Positions 27,905 to 40,188 of a DNA stretch of 64,000 nucleotides are shown here, piece by piece. The notes under the pieces were generated by a model. The model saw only the letters and a list, made by a program, of their open reading frames with translations, did not search any database and was not told the origin of the DNA. The stretch lies in NCBI RefSeq assembly GCF_003918875.1, contig NW_025767101.1:434001-498000 (forward strand), written 5' to 3'. Source of the DNA: Haliotis rubra (lineage: Eukaryota). The translations under genes and the position numbers were made by a program. Position 1 is the first letter of the stretch. The number at the start of each line of letters is the position of its first letter.

Positions 27905-29484
27905 GTCATCACAATTATCATTATAATTGGCAACTGATGTTAAATTAGTTCAAGAGACACCAGTCTGTGTCCAGTGAAGAGGTGGTAAATGCTCCAACCC
28001 AAGACCCAGTTATCACAACCATTCCTCTAACACATGTTCACCTGTTGTCTAAGACAACTAAGCCAATGTCAGGCTACCCTCATAAGCCAAGTAAACACAG
28101 ATCCTTGAACTCTCGGTGGCATCACAAAGATCATTGCTAACCATGCCAACTACAGAATATTAACAATAGTACTGTTAGCTACAGACACCTCAAAATCTTG
28201 GCACAAAACCACCAGCTTACCATTCTATGCCTAATGAGCAGGGTTCTTCGTGGCGTTCTCCCGTGTTCTGTAAGAAAAAAGCTGTTATTGTATCCCAACC
28301 TTCTCTGTACCAAGAGTAACCTCCCTTTGTGTGATTGGTTTAAGCTCTTTTGGATAATAAAATGATCCTGCAATATGTGTTGTAGTAATCCTGCCCTCTG
28401 CTACATTGCTTCAATCCCATTCTACCATCACTTATCACAATATCATTTCGTTGTTATGGATTCGGAGCATGGATTACATTCGTTGTCATGGCAACAACAG
28501 AAACTTGCTGAAGCATTGAAGATCAGTGGTGGTCTGGTGATAGCCAAGTTAGACGATTAAAACAGAAACAAGAAAGGAAAAAGGGAAATGATTGATAATG
28601 TCTGAGACTTACAGGATAATAATTCATCAATCACCCACAAAAATAGCTCCCTTGAAATGTAAAGCCAGGACATGGAAGAGATGAACATGATGAAAGATAT
28701 TTAAAATTGCATGACACAGTTCAAAGTATGAAAACAGCAGAGCAACTGATGTGGTCTTCTGTTGCTATGACAAGTCATTAGACAAAAGAAAGTAGGTATC
28801 TGGAGAGTAGACTTTCCATTTAGAGCTCTTAGTTCAACCACATTACACGGACTATGATTGGTTGATGTAAAATGTATAAGTTGTAGAGAATAAATCCACT
28901 GTCTGGTGCCCATGTGACCTTCACAGCATATAACCTATAATACATTCAAACTCAAAGCCTGGAAAACTGTTCTTTTAACTTCAAGCTTTCAAATAAATAT
29001 TGTCTGGTTATTTTGTGGTATGAATATTTAATTGACAGAATAAGCCATGGATCCACAGTACTACATACTGTATGAGCATCAATACTTCAGATTTGTATTA
29101 ATAATCATGATAAGTGTGTGTTCGTGCACGACAGATGGTATAGAAAGCAATACTTGAGAATCATATAATTTCTCTTCTGTAGATTCTGGTATACAAAGCA
29201 ATGCAGTAACAGATACCCTGCAAATTTCCTGAGAATATACTAAATGTGACTTAAGGAACAATATTTTTTTCATATACCGTCTAACTTAACTTATACAGAA
29301 ATTTTTATTTTCTCAAATATTGTCAGGATATAATTAATTCTGGCGAGCAAGCAAAAGAATCTGCACATGAAACAATTATAATATCAGAAATAATATGTTC
29401 CAACATTGCAAAATTTGACTCCAAATATATATTATATAATAACATTCTGAGAGGCTAAGAAGGTTAAGAGCCTCATTGTCATCT

Positions 29485-29525
29485 CAACCTACTGGGTACC
29501 CATTCACTGATGGGTGAACAGAGGC
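29485..29525 (-). mobile_element. Fragment of a Deu/Nin-type SINE central domain
   Basis: Minus strand ctgttcacccatcagtgaatgggtaccc resembles the conserved CACCCAGCAGTAAATGGGTACC motif as I recall it. Confidence 0.4.
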
Positions 29526-30052
29526 ACACTTCAAACAAAGTCAACAGCCCAATCAACAACCACATGTGCTTAATGATGAGACAGAACTGAAGCCCTAAAA
29601 ACTCCCAGGAGACAAGCAACCAACCAGTCACCCAACCAGGACTCTCTTCAACCAACATTGCTGAACATCACCTTTATGACCATGTGTGCTGTGCACAAGA
29701 CCATATCCTACCATTATGAATAAATATATTACAGACAGTTTCCATTGCACTCTGGACATGCCATGATCACTTCAAATAACCCGAATTAAATGAACGGTGG
29801 TGGGTACATGATACCCATTCCTTTGAGGCTGGATGCCAGGTGATGAACTGAAAGACAAACATCATCCCTGATCATTAGTGGCTGTCCACTAAGTGGGACA
29901 CGGAAGTGTGTATGTTGCATTGTTGGTAATAGGAACTCACTGTCCAGATCTGGAAACCAGATTTCCAGATAAATGAAACCATTTCAGGCAGTATTTGCTC
30001 TATTCCACACAGCTGATGTTGAGAACTATTTTGTACCATTAAGTCTGTTTGA

Positions 30053-30169
30053 CTGACTGACTGACTGAGTTTAGTTTTACGCCACTTTTAGCAATATTCC
30101 AGCTGGGGACACCAGAAATGGGCTTAACACATTGTGCCCATGTGGGGAATCAAACCTGGGTCTTCGGCG
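30053..30169 (-). mobile_element. SINE family B, truncated
   Basis: TSD taagt(c/t)tgtttga. Confidence 0.82.
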
Positions 30170-30622
30170 TAAGTTTGTTTGAAGCCATCCTTCGCTCTCT
30201 GAATCAACAAAAACTTTAACCAATTATATTCCTAAACACCTGTTGGAATAGTTTGATCCAAGATTTCCACAGACAATCGAGAAACTAATGGTCCACAGTA
30301 CACAGGTTGCGGCCAGTCTTGTTAAGTCTGCTAATTCACTGAATAACTTCACCCCCATGACAACTCTACAATTGCAAGTCTCACAATGCAGTAGTATATC
30401 AAAGTGGTATATGCAGTTTATTTACATGGTTCAGACCACCCTGGAATATGATCAGTTTGAATTTGTAGAGAATTATAAACATGATAAAGTTTAATAAAAA
30501 GAAACATAAGTTTGAAAGGCATTGTTTAAAAGCATGTTGGTATTACATGCTCTCATCATGGATAGTTATTCTGCAGAGAGAAAAAACTCGGTGGGACTGA
30601 AGAAGGTTTGCATTAATATTTA

Positions 30623-30891
30623 CAGGGCTCGATTTAAGAGATGTTCACCCACTTGCACCAGGTGCAACCTAAGATAAAAACCTTGTTGCACCAGTCAAAT
30701 TCCAGTTGCACTGTTTTTATTGCAATATGTAATATCAGAAATATGCTATTGAATTATTTAGATATTTTATTCAGAAGTTTACCCACTCAAAAATTGATTT
30801 GAACCTGCTGCAAGTTAGACTAATAACTAGGTTGCACTTTGTAAAATTGGGTTGCACCAGTGCAAGTAACAAAGCACTAAATGGAGCCTTG
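30623..30891. mobile_element. hAT-like MITE
   Basis: cagggctcgattta / taaatggagccttg termini; internal ttgcac repeats; TSD unclear. Confidence 0.5.
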
Positions 30892-32134
30892 ATTTATCAC
30901 AATACTATTCCTTTCACATGTTACATAATCAGTCAATTTTAGTTCCTTAACTACTAATAACACTTTAATAGCAATTAACTCATTGTTTCAAAATTCAAGA
31001 ATTTTCTACAGAAAAGGACTTAATCATGTTAATGATTTTAGAATGTACAATCTACTACAAATATGACGGCGCCTTCAACTTTTGCTGGAACAGTTTGTTT
31101 GACATTATCCTGTAACCTTTGTTTAAATACTGAAATGAAACCAGAGAAATTACCAATAATTAATTCTCTGTAATGGCAAAACACATTGTGCATCAATGTA
31201 CTCTGATACCTATTGCAATATATTGCGAGCTGAACTTTTTGACAGTGATTGACACTGATAGCACTACAGACCCTGTTTTCTACATACTAATGTAGATATT
31301 ATGATGTCAAAATCAGCAAGGTAAGTCGACACTATTTTGTAGTCATGGTTACAGGTGCGATAAGGACGTGAGGTAAATCACTTCCACGGTATTGTCAATC
31401 AATTTCTAAAGGAAACATCATTTGTGAATATTCCAGTGTAGGCTTTGGGTTATACAATCCAGGTAATAACTATACTTATATTCTTTTACACAACACACCA
31501 GCAAAAATACTGCAACTCATATCATTTAAAAACATATTTCAGTATTCCGGTAACACAGTGCAGTCCTACCATTAATCTACATCCGTAACTATGTACGATC
31601 CTATAAATAACATTTATAGAGAAACTTGAAGTGTTTTACTCACTTTACTGGATACAAATTACAATACAACAATCCATATACTCAGTCTTACCAAACCTTC
31701 TTGAATTTATTGGCAGTATTTTTGCTTACCTCTAAACTAGGCTAAGGTCAAGTCAAATTAAAAGGACAGTAAGTCAATGGTTCTGTATGTTTTTAAAACA
31801 CACATGATATTATTTCTGAGTGTGGTAAAACACCATCAGTTCAAATAAATTCTCAAACTGAAACAACAGAGCTCCACACAAGCGCTGCACAGAGTAAACT
31901 GGCTTCAGTCATGTCTTTTTATTTGAAGCAAATTAAAGAGAAAGCTAGTGTTTCTTTCTTATCATGCTTATAGTTGAACTTATACAAAATACTAATTATT
32001 ACCTTCATAAGATTAGATGTCACAACAGATTACAACATAAAGCTTTTGTGGCATCCTCACAGTCTCTTCATAAGCAGTAACCTTTCAAATATCGAAAGTT
32101 TAAACTCACACATATTTTAACATGTTTAAAATGA

Positions 32135-32285
32135 GTGAGTGAGTGAGTATTGCTTAACGCTGCTTTTTAGCAATATTCCAGCAATATTACGGCGGGGGAC
32201 ATCAGAAATGGGCTTCACACATAGTACCCATGTGGGGAATCTAACCCGGGTCTTCGTGACAAGCCAACGCTTTAACCACCCGCCC
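32135..32285 (-). mobile_element. SINE family B
   Basis: Family match; flanking tgtttaaaatga repeat. Confidence 0.85.
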
Positions 32286-32852
32286 TGTTTCAGTGTTTAA
32301 AATGATGACTATCTCAGTTTTCATGTTCACCACAAGTATGTCAAGGTATAAACTTCATGGAGCAAGTAGGTCTAAGCAGGTAAACCATGACTTTTAGCTG
32401 GAGCAGTTACACTTTAACAATACCAAATAACAAACTACTGATTTAACCATAACATATTCACAGGAGACTGAACATTGAACTGAGCACATTGATGGTGTTG
32501 ATGAGAAACCCTTCACAGGTACTGTTTGTTGTGACTGTTAATCAACAACGAGCTCGCACTTCAACCAGTGCTGCAAAAGCTGCGGCTAGAAAAAAATCTT
32601 CTGGTTTAGTGAGATAACATTATATATTAGTTGATTTACTCAGACTACAAAAATAGAAAATTAATTTCAGGGTTGTGGAAGTATTTTCACTTTAGAAGCT
32701 CGTGAAAAGTTTCATTTAACATATTTAAACAAATAAATGTAAAAAGTAATGTACTGAGTTTAGGTTCTTCACTGTTTTTAAAAATGATTATGAAATTTAA
32801 AGCATCTTGTTTTTGATATTTTTATGGATTAAACTTCTTTTTTAATTTCTCT

Positions 32853-32892
32853 CACAGCGTTTCGAGACCATTCCAGGTCCCTTCATCAGGTG
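32853..32892 (-). ncRNA. Minimal type I hammerhead ribozyme motif (U16.1 mutated to C)
   Basis: CAC CUGAUGA A GGGACC UGGAAU GGUCUC GAAA CG CU GUG. Confidence 0.65.
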
Positions 32893-32901
32893 AACACTAT
32901 G

Positions 32902-32940
32902 CACCTGATGAAGGGACCTGAATGGTCTCAAAACGTTGTG
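32902..32940 (+). ncRNA. Minimal type I hammerhead ribozyme motif (G12 mutated to A)
   Basis: CAC CUGAUGA A GGGACC UGAAU GGUCUC AAAA CG UU GUG. Confidence 0.62.
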
Positions 32941-33169
32941 AGAGAAATTAAAAAAGAAGTTTAATCCATAAAAATATCTTGGACATCAATGTACAACTTC
33001 TAAATGCCACTGAAAGACATCATCTTGTTTTTGTTCTGCAGCTATCATGATCTTACATTTTCAGAGTTATCAGATAAACATTAAAGGTCACATGTAACGT
33101 AACACATAACTTTGCAGATTCTGATATCTTTCGGTATGGACTTACAGTAACAAATTATCAAAAATGCAA

Positions 33170-33380
33170 ATTCAACTTATAAAGTTGAAAAATAACGCGA
33201 TGAAAATAAATCCCACGAAATCGGAGTTCAAACGATTCACTAAATTTACCCCAGCTGGGGTGAAAAGTGGTTTCAAAAGCTGTGCTGCGCTCATGGCGCA
33301 TGCGCAGTGAATAGGCTTGCGCAGCTTGAAGCGAGGATCCTCAGAATATAAGGTCGTGAGCAGGAGTAGTCTAATCTTGG
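33170..33380. promoter_or_regulatory. CpG-rich element with an NRF1-type site; possible alternative promoter or enhancer
   Basis: GCGCATGCGC at about 33296-33305, with clustered CpGs in otherwise CpG-poor DNA. Confidence 0.4.
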
Positions 33381-33410
33381 TTGTGTACACAAACAACAAA
33401 ATTAATAGTA

Positions 33411-33575
33411 CTGACTGACTGAGTTTGGTTTTACGCCGCTTTTAGCAATATTCCAGCATTATCACGGTGGGGGACATCAGAAATGGGCTTCACACGTTGT
33501 ACCCATGTGGGGCTTCGAACCCAGGTCTTCGGCGTGATGAGCCAATGCTTTAACCACTAGGCTACCCCACCGCGC
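33411..33575 (-). mobile_element. SINE family B, full length
   Basis: 12-bp TSD aaattaatagta. Confidence 0.9.
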
Positions 33576-34999
33576 AAATTAATAGTAAATAATCTACTCG
33601 TTACATAAAAGAACCTTGTTAAGGACACGTTCTTCTTACAGAGTCACTTTCCCAGTTTGATACTTAAAAGCAACGTCATTATTTAGTATTGTCAGAATTT
33701 CAAACTGTCATATGGATATGCCTCTGTCACAGACAAAACTCAATGTCTGTTTTATTGACACCTATGTCTCTGCCTGCCTGTCTGCTAATGACAATATGCA
33801 ATTTACAACTTTGATCACTGACTATACACCATAAACAAAAAACATTGATTTATGGCTCGTGCACCCGAGTTTGGTCTCTGTCACATTACGTAATTACACA
33901 GACAGGCAGGTGTGATACTTGAACACATGACATGAAATGATGTTTGTTGATTGCAAAATGTTATACACACAAAATGAGCATGTATTTACAAAACCCAACA
34001 TCTCTATACACACACAAAGAGCCCAAGCATATCGGCAAAGGAACCAGCCAAAGAAAGGCTTCGTTACACTTTAAGTGCACTCCCACCCGCTCTGACTGGG
34101 TTTGGTATCCCGGGTGCTTCGTTTCGAGGGAAGTAAACCCAAGTACAAACTTTTGCACTTTTGATTTGCAATTGTACACTTATAATTTTGTTTATTTGGG
34201 TTTTTTCATTATCAGCAATGTATATTATATGTCATGAATAAGTGATAATTGTGTTTTAATTATGGTTGTTTTTTTTGGTTGCATGGGGCCTTTATATGAT
34301 TTTAAGTGGACCCATTGTAAATTCTTGACATCCCAAAAGGCTCCAATTTGAGAAAAAATATTTTTTCAAAACCTATTAACTCCACCAGATTGAGTTTGTC
34401 GTTTGGTATCATTGTCAGGTCTTTGTATATGGGCTAGTACAAGCTTATCTTACTTGACTGAAACAAAATTTAGCAGACTCTAGCATGGGAGTAGTGGCTA
34501 CAACTGTACGATCGCAGACTGGACAAAACATATCATATCTCCCATATCAAGTATACATACATGGTCAGCTGATTTGGCCACTCGTCTAAAATCTGTTGAA
34601 ATAATACTTGCCAAGGTAGTTAAGTCAAAAGGTTTTGGCACAGACTGTGTATTATGGTCAGTCTTGGGTGATGAGTATGGCTTACCATGGTTACTTTTGG
34701 TTAGGCCTAAAACATTCCTGATACAGAGAACATGTGTGATTCGGCATGACAATTTCGCCAGTAAAAAGTAATGTTAATAAATTATGTATTTCAGAGTTGA
34801 TTTTATTCATGCCAATATTTGTCAGATGAGCTGTGGACGTTATTAGATGACACTATCTTGACAGAACAGGAGGGGACAAAAACTCGGAGTGTGAGGTAGT
34901 ATTTCACTAATCCACACCCAACAAACATATGTACGAGACTTCACGAAGAACAGTAACCAAGTTGTAACATAAATATGACATTTTGCTGCATTTTTGGCT

Positions 35000-35520
35000 G
35001 GTAACCACTCGGGTGATATTTCACATCGATGTCTCGGATTGTCTCATAACTGACAACAGACAGCTGTCATTTCGGCGGGGAAGGTCCGCACTTCCTGAGC
35101 GGGAAAAGCCGAACAAACACAACACCTAACCTTTTCATAAGAGAATTCTTCCCACAATATAACTGCATAAATCATTTACAGTTAATCTAGACATCAAAAC
35201 CTTCCCCAAACAAGACAACATGGCTGGTTTAGGTGATGAACATTCGTGACTTACCATCGCCATCCGAAGAGGAGTTCGGCCTAACTAAAAAACTACTGTA
35301 TGTCGTATCTTTACATAACGAAGAATATACACACTTAGGAGTGATCAGAACTGACTTACCACGATGTTTCTGCACATTGATCGTTGCAGTTTTGTTAAAC
35401 TCGCTGTATCAGCGAGACTCCACACAAACGTATGGTCGGTGTTCCTGTTTCGCCAAAATGGCCGCTCGTGATTGTGACGTCACAAGTTTAGGAATGTCAT
35501 ACAACTATCTCACGTGGGAG
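35000..35520 (-). promoter_or_regulatory. CpG-rich promoter and first exon of an unidentified minus-strand gene
   Basis: CRE palindrome ttgTGACGTCAcaa 35472-35485; YY1-type CAAAATGGCCGC 35454-35465; ETS/E2F-like CACTTCC and GCGGGAAA near 35090-35105; two perfect minus-strand G|GTAAGT donors after 35360 and 35255. Confidence 0.6.
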
Positions 35521-36388
35521 AGCTGTCAGATTTTAACAAAACAACAGAAATCGTAGACGGTAGCTTCTGGCATGCAGTTTGTAGAGAGTTCATATCGTTC
35601 TTATGGTATATATAATTATTAGTTCTTTATTCATACACTGACTAATCTGTTGATGGGAAAACGTGACTAAGTATCCCTATTTATACAATGCCGTTCATCA
35701 GATGATTGCTCGTGGTGTCGTCATGATTGACATTTCACAGCCAACTGCAATACAACCAATCTTTGTTCTTTTGGTCTCGGAATTACGAATTATTACAGGT
35801 TTTCAGTTTTGAAATCCCAATCCTTTCTGAACATAAAACCAAACGAAAAATAAGGTAAAACGAAAAAAAGTGGCGTACTATTAATACCAAAAGGACAACC
35901 AAAAAAAAGCCATTTTTCACTTTTTTGTAATCCAGTTGAATCTAACTTGGGTGAAAGAATAAGTTGGGTTAACATCGCTTCGAACAGCAGTTAATTTATA
36001 TCACGTTTAAACTTTATTTGTTTGCCGTTTTGATGAAACCAGCAACCTTGGGGACATCTAGTCAGACATGAGACTGGTTTTTGTGTGTTTACTTGTTGGT
36101 AGGGTGAACCTGTTAGTTCCGAAAAGATTTATTGGGCGTTTATGATGTGCGTAGATTGTGGTGAGGTGATTTATATAAGCCGCCGATGTGACGGTACCGA
36201 ACCTACGTGACAAATATATATTAGTGCATATACCGCATAAGTAGATATAAAGTTTATATCTACTTACATTACCATAAACACCGGTTACTGGGGTGTTATA
36301 ACGATGAAGAAAGATGCTTGCCGAAATAACGTCAGTAATCTTGAGTGCAGATCTACTGACATTCTTCAAAAGACAAGATAGTTTCTAA

Positions 36389-36554
36389 GAGGCTGGTCAT
36401 TTATAATTGGGGAGGGGATTGGAGGTGCATGGACTGGTCTTGGGACTAAGTCATATTTTACTGCACGATCTCCCACTTCATGTAACATTTTCCATGCCCT
36501 CCTGTCAAATAATGAAAATTCATACCCAAATCCCTTTCATAAATGACCAGTCCC
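36389..36554. mobile_element. Short Harbinger-type MITE
   Basis: gaggctggtcatttat / ataaatgaccagtccc, TAA on both sides. Confidence 0.55.
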
Positions 36555-37799
36555 TAAACTGTTTTCAGATCAATTAAATCTATTTTTCGAAAAAATAAAA
36601 CTGTGTTATTTTTCATTCCCAGCCTCTTTCGCTGTGCCATTTCTTTCTTTCGTCACATCAAATATATAGTATGCCAAGGATGAAGCATGTGCCTAAATCG
36701 ACGAAATATATAATGTCATTTTCAGGTCAGCTTTGACCTTCTCAAGCAACCAGACAAATATTCCAGCATGAAATAGAGGATATTTGGTAACACCATTTTT
36801 CATTAAGTGACACGACAAAAGCGATATTTTCATGAGTGGCGAAGTTATTCGGAAAGAAAGCAAAATGTTCTTGCTTCGTATTTTCCAATCGGTCTTCATA
36901 ATCTTACACTGAAAATCACTTTCAAAGTTGATTCACAAAGACATAAAAAGACAGTATTATGCTACAGTAGATCCAGATATAGCATAATACATACACGTAT
37001 TGTCACCACCCTCCACCCTTAATGTATCAATATACAGCATATAATACGTACACGTACAGTGTTAAGTGGCTGTATGTTTGTCACAGTTTATTTCTGATGA
37101 TCTGTAGTGGCAGCTAATATTGAAGCGCTCGTAAATTAGTGTGACCTCCCTTAGTTGTTCACTCGTGCCTAAATATCGGTATATCCCTCGCTCGGGCAAT
37201 ACCAACATGTAGGCACTCGTGTCGTAAACATAGTATGATATGGACACGGATATAATATTCTGTTTATTACCGAAGTCGTCAAATTGAAAATATACCCAAA
37301 TCTGCTTTCAAACACAGGCTGACAACCCGCCGTCGCCGCATGTAGAACGCAACGTCACAGAAGAAACGTGACGTCATAGCATTGTTCATGACGTCACGTC
37401 ACCATGACAAAGTGATATTTTGCCCTAGGGCATCGTATGAAAATATGAACCCCAATATTTTCGCCCTCGAAGGTAATAAAATAGTAATACTCAAGGTTTG
37501 AATCGGTCTTACGCAACTCATGACGTCATTGGATGATCAGTCTCGCCGATGCGGTTGATGCATGTCGTCGTATCCAAAATACGTACGAAGATCGATGGTC
37601 ACGATGAAAATCACTGGATTGTTCGGTCTTGCCTCACTTATTTACACACCGCTATCATATAAAAAGGAATATTGCCGAGTGCAACCTTAGGCAACAAACA
37701 AAGACTCTCCAACAAGCTTCTACAAAATAAAGGAGAGTGCTCTACATAGGATATAGAAAAATGAACAAGTAATCAACGTATAACGCTGACTGTGGAATA

Positions 37800-37947
37800 G
37801 GGGCGGTAGGGTAGCCTAGTGGTTACAGCGTTAACTCGTCTCGCCGAAGATCAATGAGTGAAGCCCATTTCTGGTGTCCCCAGTCGTGATATTGCTGGAA
37901 TACTGATAAAAGCGGCGTAAAACTGAACTCACTCACTCACTCAGTCC
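37800..37947 (+). mobile_element. SINE family B with the B box deleted
   Basis: 10-bp TSD ctgtggaata. Confidence 0.87.
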
Positions 37948-38769
37948 CTGTGGAATATGTGGGGTCTCCCCGTTGTTGCCGATCGAGCCCAAGGATTAAC
38001 CGTCTAAATTAGCATTTTGTGATACAGACTATGGCTCACCTGGGCCAATATTTATCAAAACATTAACCCTAGTCAGCCAAATCCCTGTTTTGACAGAATC
38101 TGGCTCATTGAGAGGACACCGATTAACCGGACTCTCTTGGGCGGCGTTATGGAGTCAAAGTAAGTAGTGATTTTCAGTAAGATCAAAATTGATTTAATAC
38201 ATACGTTTTTCATCTGAATGATTCCTTGTCATTCCTTGACGTGTATACGCCATTGACTTTATCTCTCCGGGTACACGTGATAGTGTTTAGTCTTCCTATT
38301 CTAACTGCTGATCGTTTGATGTCATTGATATGTACATGACGCGAGTTTCATTCATATCTCACGTGACACGTGACCCAGTTACGTCTGTCATACTTGGAGA
38401 CATTTCATTCAGCTAAACATGCTTGGCCCACAGGTCGGGTGCTTCGTGAGTCTCCAAGCTATAATTAGACACGTAGGTAACTAAAATGACTATATATAGT
38501 CTTATATTGACTGTCACATGACGTGAAAGGTCAGCTGAGATTGCGGGAGGTCCGGGTTGTGTTTGTCGAGACCTAAAAGCGGCAAAGGGTACTTCAGATT
38601 CGTGTTTCAGGAAGACCACGCCCCTCCTGCTTACCAGACTCTGATTAACAGTGGGGGAAGGAGATAAACAAACACTAGGCATCAGTTTCGAAATACATGA
38701 TATTAAATAAACTAAATTCGTGAGTGTTGGAAGAGATGTGGATAATGTGTAGTCCCTGTACTGAAACAA

Positions 38770-38949
38770 GAGCGGTGGGGTAGCCTAGTGGTTAAAGCGT
38801 TCGCTCGTCACGCCGAAGACACTGGTTCCGTTCCCCACATGGGTACAATGTGTGAAGCCCATTTCTGGAGTCACCCGCCGTGATGTTGCTGGAATATTGC
38901 TAAAAGCGGCGTAAACCATACTCACTCACTCACTCACGCACAGTACTCA
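38770..38949 (+). mobile_element. SINE family B, full length
   Basis: 14-bp TSD ctgtactgaaacaa. Confidence 0.92.
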
Positions 38950-39611
38950 CTGTACTGAAACAACTAGCATAGTTGTACATATCGAACCTAACTGTGGTAT
39001 CAGTGTCAGCAGTAGCAGAAGACTAACATTATACATGTACTTCCTTCTGACCATTCTGATAGCAATATATGGAAACTATGGTCACTCCTGCAGACAAAAT
39101 AAAATGTATGGGCGTGCCCGTTTGTCTCGCGACATGTGATATCGAATACATACATGGATACATTACTGTTTGTATACAATGTATCAGTGATATGGGTCGT
39201 TTACTGAAAGATTATGGAACAAACTGCTCGTAAACAACCGCTGACGGCGAAAGGCGCAATTACAAAAGCTGCTAGGGAAAACCCACTGTTATCAGTGCCG
39301 TTGTTTGGAGAGTTCTGATTGGCTGATCAGCTAGGGACATGTAAAAACACCCACATCAATTGTGAAAGATTCAGTAGAGAAAGATTTAGAAATACATACA
39401 CTTACAACTAAATTTCGGGAGTGTTTGAAGAATTATAGAGATGCTGTACTGAATGAAAACCAGTATAATTTGACATAGCGATCTTGATAACCTGAGTTGG
39501 CAAGATAATGACAATAACCTCATTATATAAATAATATATAACTAACATATCGATACTATGACGATATCATTTCATACTGTTAATACATAGAAATATATGA
39601 CCACAGTGTAA

Positions 39612-40188
39612 TACACAATGCCATTTTAGAAAGTGGTCAAATGTAACATTTGTTATATTTGGGATTACACTTTCTTAGTAAAGTACAGATTCTAGTACTT
39701 TTTGGGTTGAGTCCCATCCGGGATTCGAACCTGAACCCTCAGAGTCTGGCACCTAAACGCAAGCACACAAAGTCAGACGCCTAGACCGCTCAGCCACCGC
39801 GGCTTCCACAAAAATTGAAGTCGGACAACTGGTAGTCTAGACTGCCCAAAAGTACTAGAGTGAGTGAGTGAGTTTAGTTTTACGCCGCACTCAGCAATAT
39901 TCCAGCTATATGGTGGCGGTCTGTAAATAATCGAATCTGGACCAGACAATCCAGTGATCAACAGCATGAGCATCGATCTGCGCAACTGGGAACCGATGAC
40001 CCTGTCAACCAAGTCAGCGAGCCTGACCACCCGATCCCGTTAGTCGCCTATTACGACAAGCATAGTCGCCTTTTATGACAAGAATGGGTTGCTGAAGACC
40101 TATTCTACCCCGGATCTTCACGGGTCAAAAAAGTACTAGAATCTGTACTTTACTAAAAAAGTGTAATCCCAAATATAACATATGTTAC
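39612..40188 (-). mobile_element. tRNA-headed inverted-repeat element, interrupted by a family A SINE
   Basis: About 63-bp inverted arms 39643-39706 and 39845-39859 plus 40141-40188; tRNA-like core 39710-39803 with A box TGGCTGAGCGG and B box GGTTCGAATCC; 31-nt unpaired tail 39612-39642; TSD (ac)cacagtgtaa. Confidence 0.7.
39860..40126 (-). mobile_element. SINE family A, full length, nested in the tRNA-headed IR element
   Basis: 12-bp TSD aaaagtactaga (39848-39859, 40129-40140); internal duplication of the agtcgcct...gacaag module. Confidence 0.92.

Larger units (their letters stand above)
32816..33020. mobile_element. Penelope-like inverted pLTR remnant carrying two minimal hammerhead ribozyme motifs
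   Basis: About 77-bp inverted arms 32815-32892 and 32902-32978, 9-nt spacer, unpaired tail 32979-33020, 13-bp TSD catcttgtttttg (32803-32815, 33021-33033). Confidence 0.75.

Noticed and set aside
39710-39803. Functional tRNA gene
   Set aside because: A and B boxes are present, but the 5' GCCGCGG has no matching 3' acceptor strand and the sequence sits inside a mobile element
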